DNA of 64,000 bases from Macrostomum lignano (Eukaryota): the NCBI GenBank assembly GCA_002269645.1, contig NIVC01002159.1:1-64000 (forward strand), in the 5' to 3' direction. A model generated the notes under the pieces. It had not been told where the DNA came from, searched no databases, and saw only the letters and a list, made by a program, of their open reading frames with translations. Position 1 is the first letter of the stretch. Each line of letters opens with the position of its first letter. Below are positions 1-12,200 of the stretch, one piece after another. A program made the translations under genes and the position numbers.

Positions 1-216
1 CAAGTCTCGCCTGCACTTCAATATTTGATATCTTTCTCTCCCAGGCTAGAAAATTTATGCAACAAAAGCGGTGCAAAAACACTTGCCTGTTGTCTACCTT
101 TTTAGGTAGCGAATCAATTGACAGTTTATAGTCAACTGCTTTCACTTGCGTGCAAGCAAAATGAACTGTAAGATATGAATGGTTAACCCACTGGGCCAGC
201 GAACTGACGGATCGAC

Positions 217-3200
217 ATGCAGAAATCTGGCGGAGAGAACGGCAACAGCAGCAGTTTCTGGAGCTTCTTCAAGCCGAGCCAGGAGGCGGTTGCAGCGGCG
301 AAGCCGTCAGCAGCTCTGGCTGAGGCAGAAGAGATCACTCTGGTGCCCAAGGCTGCTAAAGTGCACGTGAGTTACTGTAGTAAGGACACGGGCTAATGAG
401 CGTCGGGGGGGTCGGGGGGGGCGTTGGCTGCCATCGGAGGACACGGGAGGGGGCGGTGGCTGCTATCGGAGGACACGGGAGGGGGCGGTGGCTGCCATCG
501 GAGGACACGGGAGGGGGCGTGGCTGCCATCGGAGGACACGGGAGGGGCGGTGGCTGCCATCGGAGGACACGGGAGGGGCGGTGGCTGCCATCGGAGGACA
601 CGGGAGGGGGCGGGCTGCCATCGGAGGACACGGGAGGGGCGGTGGCTGCCATCGGAGGACACGGGAGGGGGCGGTGGCTGCCATCGAGGACACGGGAGGG
701 GGCGATGGCTGGCTGCCATCAAAGAAAGGATCAGAACGTGTATTGGGAGCCATCAAAAGAACTGGAAGTGGTTGCCATGGAAAGTAAACAATATTCATAA
801 TCATAAATTTAACCAGGGCGGCGATCCAGTTTTAATTCTGCTGCCGGACGGAGGCAGGTCGGTGAGTGCCGACTGCCGCTACTGCCTGGTGTACGAGGGA
901 CCAAAGCGGGGCACCTGGCCTGTGCGAGCTGGCGCCAGACCGCCGAGCGCTGTTCTCCCGGGTGCCAGGTGAGCAGGTGTTTTAAGATAAGAGTACAGTT
1001 TTATTTTCCTTGATGCTCTATAGCGTCTGACATTATGTATGATGAGGCAGGACTTATTAGAATGAAGTAAAAAATGTCTATTATCCATAAAAATGTTCTT
1101 TGGAACGCGCAAAGAATAGCTAGCACTTGTTAATGTACAGCGCAATTTTACACGCATGGAATTAAAAGAAAAGGGAAAATGATGCCCAAAGCTACTCAAA
1201 TTCTACTCTACAAGTCACGTAATTCACTGGCGTTTTCAAGTTGCAATGAAAGGCAGCCAAAGTTGTTAGAATGATAGTATATTATAGAATAGCAATCAGA
1301 ATATTACAATGTCTCAATTAAATATTAACGTCTTGCTACAAAACAGCTCCAGGTTAGCGCAAGGCTGACATTGTGAGGAGTTGCAAATCTCAACTTCTGA
1401 ACTTCCTTTTGTTGCCGTTGCTTGGAGCTTCAGAGCTGCACTCGATCCCAGCCTGCATTAAGGGAATAGGGGTGTACTAACGCGCTGGCGACTTTGCTTA
1501 ACTTTTCCGACGCTCTTTACTAGCCAGAACAGCAATGGCTCTACCGAATCCTTAAAAAAACTCGCAGAGCACGACGCCCCAGAGACGGTGCGCCTCAGCC
1601 TGCACCGCCTGGCGCCAACGCCATCCAGCTCTGCTCAGCCGCTGCTCAGCAACCTGGAGTTCAGCTTCGTCCCGGATCCCATGACAGCCGTGGCCGCCGC
1701 CATCGCAGCCGCCTTCCCCTCGGTGCCGTCGGAGCTCGCCGAGCTGTCCGCCTGCGTGCCGCTTCCGCCGCCGCGCCGACTGCGACCGTCAGCTGAGCGA
1801 CGCGCTGAGCCGCCTTGGTGACGAGAATTTCAACAGGGTGGAGAATTTTGCCGGCCTGCAGTCGTCGGCCACCGCCCTCTACTGGCTGGCCGAGCGGGGC
1901 TGGCTGGACAGCTTCGCCGACCTGGCCACTCGGCGCCGGGACGGACAGTCAATGCTGGACACCTGGCTGTCTGCCGGCGAGGACGGCGGCAAGCGGCTTC
2001 GGCAGGCGTTGCTAAGCGACAGCCGGTGCCCGCGGGCGGCGCTCGGCTCGCCGGATCGGCTGCGTCTTTGGCTGCGCGCCGTGGCCTCCGCCTGCAGTCG
2101 GCGGCGACGTCGACGCCGGCCGCCCGGCCCTGAAGATGCCGTCGTCCGCGTGGCCAGCTGGGTGACGCCGACAGCCGCACCGTTAGTTGTCATGACAACT
2201 AATTTGGCCAAATCGTCGACGGCCTCGTTGGAGCAGGACCTGGCTCTGTTTCCTGGGCTGGAGGCCAGCCACGCTCGAGGTGGGTCCCAGATGTCTAGGA
2301 GTAGGAGCAGCTGGTATGGCATTGAATGCCGGTTCTCTACATTTTGTATCATTTTCGATTATTGCAGAGCATTTTCATCGTTACGGCTCAGATTCCGACT
2401 ATGATGAGGTAAGACTACGAGCGTCGCAACGTGTGTTTTAGTAACCCCAGTCCTTGAATCTGCCTCTCCGCTCTCCCAGTCAGTGTCTCTACGCAACATT
2501 TGCAGGATGCCCCTCGAGAGACCGCTTGCGTGCAAACTGAAACCGGCAAGTCAATGGAGGACTTGCAGCAGCCACAGAAACGGCCCTTCGATGAGGTAAA
2601 GGAGGCTGCATCAAATCCCGAGACTCTCCTCCATGGTTCGCGCTCACCAGCATGCAATAACTACCCTTCGTCTCCGCTGACCTCACCTTCGCCCTTGCCG
2701 TCGCCGTCGCCGTCACCGGCCCCAGCCGTTTGCGTTGATACCGTCGATTCGGCTACGTCGAAGTCGGTCAAGTCGGCAACGTCAGCGCTCGCCCTGTCGG
2801 CCAGCGCTCGATCGATCAGCACGCCGTCGCTTTTCGGAGATTTGAATTCGTGAGATTTTTGTTGTACTCCTATTCTATTTAAATTTGCAATTTTTCCTAC
2901 TATCTTACTGATACGCCCTTGGACAGTAGGCTAGTAAGAAAAAGTAGCGTAACCAAACCAAACTGCAACTAACTATCGGCACTACTGCTTTTTTGAGTGC
3001 AGGCCTCAGCTGACTAACCGTGGTCCCCAAGCGTCACTCAGTCGCTAGCTGTATGGCACAGTTTTTGGGACAAGTGGCGCGCAGTTTCCCTCATCTAAAC
3101 ATATCCTGGTGCTTAGCGCTAGTGGGACGAAAGATAGTAAAAAATTTTAAGGTCTTCCCTATTTTTTAACAAGCTTCTCCCCGGATTTTCGATTTCATAG

Positions 3201-6200
3201 GGCAAAAAGTTTCTCTCAGGGAGAATTAGTCACCCCGCCCGCCACTTAAACTTCTCTCCTGCCTTTAAGCTTTGCTTCTTCTCTTTTATAGCGAGCAGCA
3301 GCAAGGCCGAAAGAAGAGACGCAGCTTCCTGTCTAGGCTTGGCAGCAGCTACCGGATGAAGCACAAGCAGCAACAGCATCAGCAGCAGCACCTGGCTGTG
3401 CCGCAGACTCCTGGAGACCACGACTGGGTGCTCGTCAGCTCGGGACAGTGCGCTGTGTGCGAGGCTGAGGATGGAGCTGGGTGCCGGCTCAGGTGCCGGG
3501 GTGAGGACCTGGTTCTGACTTTCCAGTTGTCTGACTGACCCTGACTCTCTGATTGGCTGTCTGACTCTCTCACTCATATGGTTCCCTGTCTCCCTGTCTC
3601 TCCGACTCTGACTCTGACTGTCCCCATTGCCAACCAGTCGCCAACTAATGCTAGCAACATGTCGCACACTCGCAGTCACAACTTCATCTCTCCGTGCCCC
3701 CCGCCTCAACAGTCTGCCAGCTTACTGTGCACAGCGCTGATCAGTGCCGCGGCCGCGTGGTCGCCTGCCTGCCGGCCATCGCTGAGACCCCGCAGCAGGG
3801 CGCTTCGGCCGCTGCCCCAGCCGCTGCTACAGCCGCGGTGAAGCCGGAGGTCGCCCTAGCGGTGGAGCTGTTCAAGAAGAAGAAGGTTTGTTTGTGTATT
3901 TGTAGCAACATAGAGAGAGATGTTAAGGCTTAGTGTGTAGAGAATTGAAGAGGCTGGTAGACAGGTAGACACAAGAGTATGGCAAATAATAAATAATAGA
4001 AAAGATAGAGGGGGGCAAGAAGGAAGGGAGTCGATTTCCGATGTTGTAGCAAAAATAGCGAGTGAACTTTAGAGCCAAAAGCCAATTTAAAGCCAAATCC
4101 CTTAAAGCATTGGCGTCGCACACGTATAGAGAATCTAGTGAGTCTAGCGACGTAAACAAAGCAAAGATCGAAAAAGACGCCACACGCCAGCCAACATTAG
4201 GCCCATTAAAACTGGCACTTCCTGTTCGTTGTCTATGCTTGCAGTTGAAATGCAAGGAGCTGAACTACCAGAGTGTTGGTTGACTAGTCCATTAACCCGG
4301 TTGCTTTACTGCACCACTGATTTTTCCTTTCTCTTATCGGGTCTTAACTGCACCAACACCAGTAAGGCATTGAAATTTAATCCACTACTATGTAGGAGTC
4401 TCTAAAATTGCATTTGTTGACGCAATAACGGGGTATCAGTCACAGAATATCAGCTTTAAAAAGACTGTTTTAGTTCGGGTTGGGACTCTCACGGGTTTTG
4501 CAAGAAGTCAGAGCGCCGCTGTGGCTTATCTTTGTAATTGATTTTTCCTACTTTCTGTTCAGTTTAGAAAATCTGCGGCTAATTTTCGACAGACTTGTTA
4601 TCAAAAGTGAAGATCGAGGGTCCAGAAAATCACGTGATACTTTACTATCAGGGGTACAGAGAGTAATGTACATTCGACTTAGTAAGCGTGGCTAATAATG
4701 TACATGTAGGCTGGCTTAACTTCTGGGGGGCCTGAGGCGGGGCAATAAAATGGGGGGGGGTAGAAAAGTAACGCTGGGGTCTTTAGGTTTTGTATTAGTT
4801 TAATTTTAGTTAATTCGATTTAATAGCCCAAACAAATTAGCTAAGGTCAAAGGATCTCTTTGTGCTCCAATTGATGTGGAATTCCTAGGACGACACAATA
4901 CTACTACTGAATTGAGGAGAAAAATAAGTAGCTTAATAGCATTATGCTAAACTAGTCAGCTACCTAAATTTGACGTATTGGGTATCTGTCTGTACTGTAC
5001 TATCAGTTGTTTTGTGTTCTAATATCAAATAGGAATTTTTAGAACTTTGTTGTAACCCGGGTCGGCTTGGGTGCCCAGTCCCGAGTACAATATATATTAT
5101 ATGTGATATAACAGGCGTTGTGACGCTCTGTCTGTACTTTTATGAATACGACGAGCAGGCGTGGCGACGCTCTGCGATAATAATTTGATCCCTCTGGTGT
5201 TGTGACACTCAGAGTTCACGCTGCGGCTCGAGGTGTGGTGACACTCTCGAGTGCTTCTATTCTCTATACCGTAGGGCGTACGCAATATATGGTAAACGGT
5301 ACCGTACTACAGAAGCTATATGGTCTCCCGGCGTTATGACGCTCTGGCAAGAATTCGGCCTAGCAAGCTTCCCGAAAAGAAAGGACTCAAACAGCAGGCG
5401 GCTTACCAGTGGCCAGATGACTGTTCACCGTTTATTATTCGCAGGTCTCAAGCGCAGTTTCCGACTTCTTCTTAATTCTCCAAGACTCTTCTCAATTAGG
5501 CTATTGTCTTTCTTTTATCGAAGTAGCTAATGTTGCTGTTTCTTTTATCAGGTCTCGCGCTTGCACTCTCGGAGCACACCAAAACACAAAAAGCACGCAG
5601 GTGGTGGGCAAGAGCCAGAGTCGCACCATAAATAGCACCCAAACCCTGGGGCAGACGGCCCCACCGGCTAAGCTCACCAAAACAAACCACGCCGGCCCAG
5701 CCAATCAAAACCCCGCCTAAGGGGGGAGGGGCAGCACCCGCGCCAAAGCTGGCCCGGCCGCAGCCAACCAGCCCTGAGCACGGGCAGGGGCACGGCTGGG
5801 GAGGGGCACGCGCAAAGCCCGGCCGGCGGCCAAACCCTGCCACGCCCGCCAACCCCCCCAACCAGCCCCAAAGTGCAACGCGCCCTGCCAACTGACAAGG
5901 GCGCATGCACTACACCCTCCCCTCCTAAAAAAAAACAGGGCGGAGCTCGAACCACGGCGACTGGGATTCCAAATTTCAAATAACAAAGCAAAAAAAATCA
6001 AAAACAACAAAAAATTGGAAACAAACTAATGCAAAGGGGAAAAAGAAAAATGGTTGCCGCAAAAGAAATATAAAAAAAATACTGGTTTTCTGCACGCAAG
6101 TTCGTCAGAGCAACCACGGGGCACGGAATAGGCTTTACATCAAAGCTGGCGCCACAGAAAACCATCGCAGGTGGCCGGCAGGACGCGCAGGTGGCCGGCA

Positions 6201-9200
6201 GGAAGCGCAGATGGCCGGGCGGGAAGCGCAGGTTGCCGACGCAGAAGCCGGCAGGAAGCGCACGTGGCCGCCGCAGAAGCGGCAGGAAGCGCACGTGGCC
6301 GCCGCAAAAGCCGGCAGGAAGCGCAGGTGGCCGCCGCAGAAGCCGGCAGGAAGCGCAGGTGGCCGCCGCAGAAGCCGCTGAGCCATTCCCCAGGAAGCTT
6401 GACCCCACTAGCAAGCAAATAAACCCATACAGTACGAGCGTAACAACATACATACAAGTAAGCAGAAAATACAGTATGAATCGGAACTGGGCACCCTAGC
6501 GAACCCGAAGTCCAGGGAGACCGACGCAGCTTTTCAGGACCTCGAGCAGCCTGCCGGGCCGGCGCAAACCGAACAGCGGGATGAGCTCGTGACAGAGCTG
6601 TCGGACGAAACAATCAAAACTCTGCCTAGACCAGTAACGGCGGCCTGCTCTCTGACGCTTTACCGGAGCGATATCTCTGCGGATGAAGAACAACGCCTGC
6701 AGCAGGACCATTGACAGTGCGCTCCTCGGTTCTCGCTGCGAGTCTCGAAACAGCCGTCTCATAGCCGTGAGCACTGACACGATTCCGTCCGACTGTCCAG
6801 CCAAAATATGCTTCATCAAACGATGGCGGAGCTGACGCGCAGCTGCCGATAACGACAGCTTTTCATCATCCCATATTGCTCCCGACGCGCGATGTGAGAC
6901 AACCTCCTTGCTTTCCGGTACATCGATCTCCATAGCTTCTGACTCACTACTTCCGGAGGAGCCATCCGATGCCAGCAACTCGTCTTCTTCTTCTGTGTCG
7001 ATGCTACACTCATCCGACTCCTCGCTCTCATCGTCGTCCGAGATTAGAATGTAGCCATCCGCTTCGTAATCGTTCCTCTGTCCCTGTCTCCCCTGCCTGA
7101 GACCAGCTTCCTTGCGCTGAGCTTCTTCAACTTCTCGCCTTTGCTGTACTCCCTCTTCGATGTCCGCCGGCATTCTTACACCAGTAGGAGGTATGAACGT
7201 CATTGCGAAGGTTACAGCCTCGTCATACGGGATTGATTTATCGCCCAACTGGTCGTACATCGCTCGGCGATATGGACACGATAGAATTCTACCAGCAGTC
7301 TCAATTTCTTGGAAACGGCGTCCTGCGAGTTCCTTGTCCGGGTGCTTGTCCGGGTGCCAGAAGAGCGCTAGCTGTCGATAGACTCGCCTGATCTCGGCAC
7401 GTTCGGCTGTGTGTCCGACTTGGAGGACAGCGTACAAATCCATCTGCAAAGCAACGTACTCAAACCTGCGACACACTGTCCCTGACTCCAGATTCTACTC
7501 CTGCTCCCCTCTTGCCAGAGCGTCATCTCCTCGGACCGTGGCCCGCGGTACCCTGCATCGTAAAGTCCCAGCGCAAATTCGAGTTGTCACCGGATGCCAG
7601 TCCGAATACCCTCCACCGATGCATAGATTTTGTAGGCAAAATTTGATTCTCGTCAAAACTTCGATGAAGATGCGATTAAAATGACTTAATGACGCATTAA
7701 CGAATTTCTTGAATGACGCATTGGCGAACTGCTCGTACTCATGATGAATGATGCATTGATGAAGTACTCGTATTTATGATGAATGACGCATTCGCGAAAT
7801 ATTTTTCTGGCTTTTAACGATAATCGCATATGAAACTGATGAGACTTCACGATGACGAGTAACCCATTAGAATGTCACTGGCTGGCCGTAGCGATCCGGC
7901 GGCCGTCGCAACCTTCCGGACCTTCGAGGCTCAGGTGCAGCTTCCACCGGGTTATGAGTAGGCTGCAGGTCGTCAACCAACTCCATCTGCTCTTCCAGCA
8001 CCTCGGCGACTTCCTCAGCGTCCTGTGGCGGCATCAGTTGAGGCCGAGTCCAAGTCTCGCCTTCCGCATCTGCCTCCGAGTCCGTCTCGTCGACCACTTC
8101 CGGCGGTGCCGCGGTCCTAACTGGTGTTTCCAGGGCGGCCGGTCGAGCGAACTTCCGGAGGTTGTTGAAGTGGACGAACTTCGACTTTTTACGATTTGAC
8201 GGGTTTTCCACTTTGAAGAGCACCTCGGATCTTCTTTCGAGCACCTTCACTGGGCCGAGCCAGCTTACGTGAAACTTTGCGGCTTCGTCTGGTTTCAGGG
8301 CGGGGCTGTAGACGAAGACATGGTCACCCTCCTGAATATCGGATCCTCGGGTTCTTTTATCGTACTGGTCCTTCTGTCGCCGCTGATAAGTATTCAACTG
8401 CTGTCGAGCAGCGCGATGAGCTGTCTGCAATTTGTCTTCTAGCTCCTTGACGAAATTTACATGCGAATCGACAGGCTGTGGCGGCTGGTCAGTCAAGTCT
8501 ATCGGTAGGCGCATCTCCGTGCCATAGATCATGTAGTGGGGAGTATAACCCGTTGCTCGATGCACGCTTGATCGGTACGCCATTAACGCAGAGCTGACGA
8601 ATTCTTCCCAGTCGTTTCGTCCTGAGTCCTCTAGGCAGCACTTGAGGATGGATTTTAAACTTTTATTGAAGTTTTCTACTTGTCCATTTCCGCTCGGATG
8701 ATAAGCTGTTGTTCTGATCCTGCACATTTCGCGCATCACTTGCGATTCGAAGTTTCTTCCTTGGTCGCTGTGCAAAGTACTCGGACACCCATGTTGGCTA
8801 ATCCATCGATTGAAAAGCGCCCTTGCCACCGTCCTTGCCTTCTGGTTGCGAAGCGGGTACGCGTCAGGCCACTTCGTAAACGAATCTTGGACTGTCAGGA
8901 GATAAATGTTTCCAGCCTTACTCCGCGGTAGCGGCCCGACAATGTCCATCATGACGCAATCGAATGGTGCTGCGAATGTCAACGGTTGCAGGGGTGCTCG
9001 GTTTCGCTTGCCCGGCTTTGACTTGCAGCAGGTGGCACAACCGCGAATATATTCTTCAATGGCACGAGACAATCCTGGACGCCAGTAGCGCTGAAGCACT
9101 TTAAATTTTGTCTTCGCAAAGCCCATGTGGCCACCTCCCACTCCCTCGTGTAGGGTTTTCAAGATACGATCCAATGCCTTTCGTGGCAGCACCATTTGAT

Positions 9201-12200
9201 ACTCATCGCGCCTGTCTTTGTTTCTCACAAGGAGCACGTTCTCTTGCAGCACCAGGTCGTCTTTTCGAGTCCAGACGGCTCTAGCCAGTGGACTCCAAGC
9301 TGTCTCGCTTTTATCTGGAACTGGGTTTGAGCCAAGCGCTTCCTTTACTGTTCTCAAATCGTCGTCTTGATCCTGCTCGCTTGCCAGATTGCCGGCTGAG
9401 AATCGTTCAAATTCGACTGCATTTAGTCCTTCTGGATGCTGCGCACATGCCGGGCATGTCTCCGCTCCGAAATGTCTCCGTACTGGCTTCCTCGACATTG
9501 CGTCCGCGTTGCCATGCGATCGACCTGGTCTGTGAACGATGCGGTACTGAAATGGAGCCAACTTCTCCAACCAGCGAGCAACCTGTCCCTCGGCGTCACT
9601 GAAGTTTTTTAACCATTGCAGGCTGCTGTGGTCCGTTCGCAGACAGAACGCTTTTCCAAGCAGATAGTATCTGAACTTCATGATGAAAGTCACAACCGCT
9701 AGTAGTTCTAAACGAGTCGTACAATAGTTGCGTTCGGCTTGATTTAGTGTCTTGGACCCATAGGCGATCACTCGTTCTGCTCCATCTGGCTGGACTTGAG
9801 AAAGTACCGCTCCTATGCCCATCTTCGAACTGCCATCAGTATCGAGGATAAACTCTCCGGCATCCGGGGAGAAATCCGGATGAGCAATAACCTCTGAACT
9901 TGTCATTCGTTCCTTCAATGTTTCGAACGCCAGCTGCTGTTCCGTTTTCCATTCAAACTTTGCGTCTTTTGTTGTCAATCGAGTTAGAGGCGCTGCTATT
10001 GCGGCGAAATCTTTAATAAACTTTCTGTAATAGCCACACAGGCCCAAGAATGAATGCAGCTCCGTCGAGGATCGCGGTGTTGGCCAGTTCTTCACTTCTT
10101 GAACTTTCTCCTCATCGGTACTGATGCCAGCAGCCGACAGCGTGTGACCGAGAAATTTCACTTGCTTTTGCAAAAAGTGACACTTCTGGGGCTTCAGGCA
10201 CAAATTTGCTTGCCGCAACTTGCTGAATATTTCCTCCAGTCTTCTCAGGTGTTCATCCACGTCGGTTGACCAAACCAGTAGATCGTCGATGTAGACGAGA
10301 CAGGTTTTCCACATCTGCTTGTCCAGAACGGCTGCCATCAACCTGGTGAATGTTGCTGGGCTGTTCACTAAGCCGAACGGCATAACCTTCCATCGAAATT
10401 GTCCGCGATGCGGCACTGCAAACGCCGTCTTGTCCTGATCCTGAGGTCTCACCCCTACTTGCCAAAACCCGCTGTGAAGGTCCATTGTCGAGAAGATCTT
10501 GGCTCCGTGTACTGCCTCCAGCGCATCATCGACCCTCGGCATCGGCACTGCATCCTTGACGGTGACCTCATTCAACTTCCGATAATCGACGCACATCCTC
10601 ATTTCCCCTGATTTCTTCTTTACGCACACCAAAGGAAAGCACCATGGTGACTGTGCTTCTTCGATCTGCCCCTTTTCCAGCAACTCGTTGACTTGACGAT
10701 CTACTTCTGGCTGTAAGTGGGGAGGCAGACGACGCGGTGGGATCTTGATTGGGCGCGCATTCTCGGTGTTAATTTCATGCTCCACCACGGTAGTTAACTT
10801 GCTTGAAGTCTGCTTGGTCGTGAACACGTCGCTGTAACTCCGGACAAGGATTCTAAATTCTTCGTCTTCTTTCGTCGACAGTCCACAGTCGCCGTACGAG
10901 TTTGGTAGCAAGTCTGCTTCCGAAGGGCTGTTGCTGCCTTGGACCTTCGGCTCTTCCTGTGGATCGTCTCCTGACTCTACGGCTAAGAGCTTGATGGTGT
11001 TCAACGGTTCGGTGGATTCTAGGGGGCAGAACCACCCGAGCGTACAACCTTGGCGAATTCTGACTGGCTCTTCCGTGATATTGATGAGTCGAGTCGGCAG
11101 ACGGCTGCCGCTATTTGGGATCACTAAGGCCTTAGCAAGCCAGCGGCCAGCTGCCAAATCGTTCGCTCCGAGATTCTCAGTTAGACCGACACACCCTCTG
11201 TTCCGTCGTCCTTTGCTCTCCAGCCTTGCTGACAGAACTGCTTGATGACCTGGCGGTATTGTGCTGGACCTTGTCGCCAAAATTCTGCAAACGATCGGGC
11301 GCTCAGCTTGCCATCGGAACGGGATTGCAGTGTCCTGCACTGAAAAGACAGCTGTCTTGTAGTCGATGACGCAACTGTTGTCCCTGCAGAAGTCGGATCC
11401 CAATACCAGTTGGTACTTCACTCCGCTGACTACCAAGGCTGGAGTATCTATTACTTTATCAGCGATTGACAGTCGCAACAGGACTGTTCTCTCGATTTCG
11501 ATCGGGCTGCCGTTTGCTAAGCTAACATAGCCTTCAGCACCGGCCAAATCTCTGACGCTCTGTTTCGGCATACTTTGGTAGGCTTCCCGTGAGATAATGG
11601 TGCAGGAAGCTCCCGAGTCCACTAGCGCGTTCACCCTCCGCCCTGCGATTGAGGCCGTAACATATATCGACGCAGGATTGATTTGAATTGACTGAGGTGC
11701 GTTGACGGTGATTGGGCGCTGCGACTGTGCAAAACCGGCTAGTTGATGGTGAGGTGCAGTACCGGACGCTGGAGGCTGATGAGGCACTGTAACGGACACT
11801 GGATGCTGATGAGACTCAGTACCGGACACTGTAGGCTGATGAGGCGCAGTACCGGACACTGGAGGCTGATGAGGCACTGTACCGGACACTGGATGCTGAT
11901 GAGACACAGTACCGGACACTGGAGGCTGATGAGACGCTGTACCGGACACTGGATGCTGATGAGGCACTGTACCGGACACTGGAGGCTGATGAGGCGCAGT
12001 ACCGGACACTGGATGCTGATGAGGCGCAGTACCGGACGCTGGAGGCTGATGAGGCGCAGTACCGGACACTGGATGCTGATGAGGCGCAGTACCGGACACT
12101 GAATGCTGATGAGGCGCAGTACCGGACACTGGAGGCTGATGAGGCGCAGTACCGGACACTGGAGGCTGATGAGGCACTGTACCGGACACTGGATGCTGAT

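Noticed and set aside
5097-5991. Short ORFs repeated in both LTRs
   Set aside because: No domain signal; frames differ between LTRs because of homopolymer indels.
6496-7443. ORF3 as an env gene, or as a T-antigen mimic with an Rb-binding LxCxE motif
   Set aside because: No signal peptide, furin site or full-length TM helix (SMVLLQALFFI is short). QLCHE lacks LxCxE spacing.
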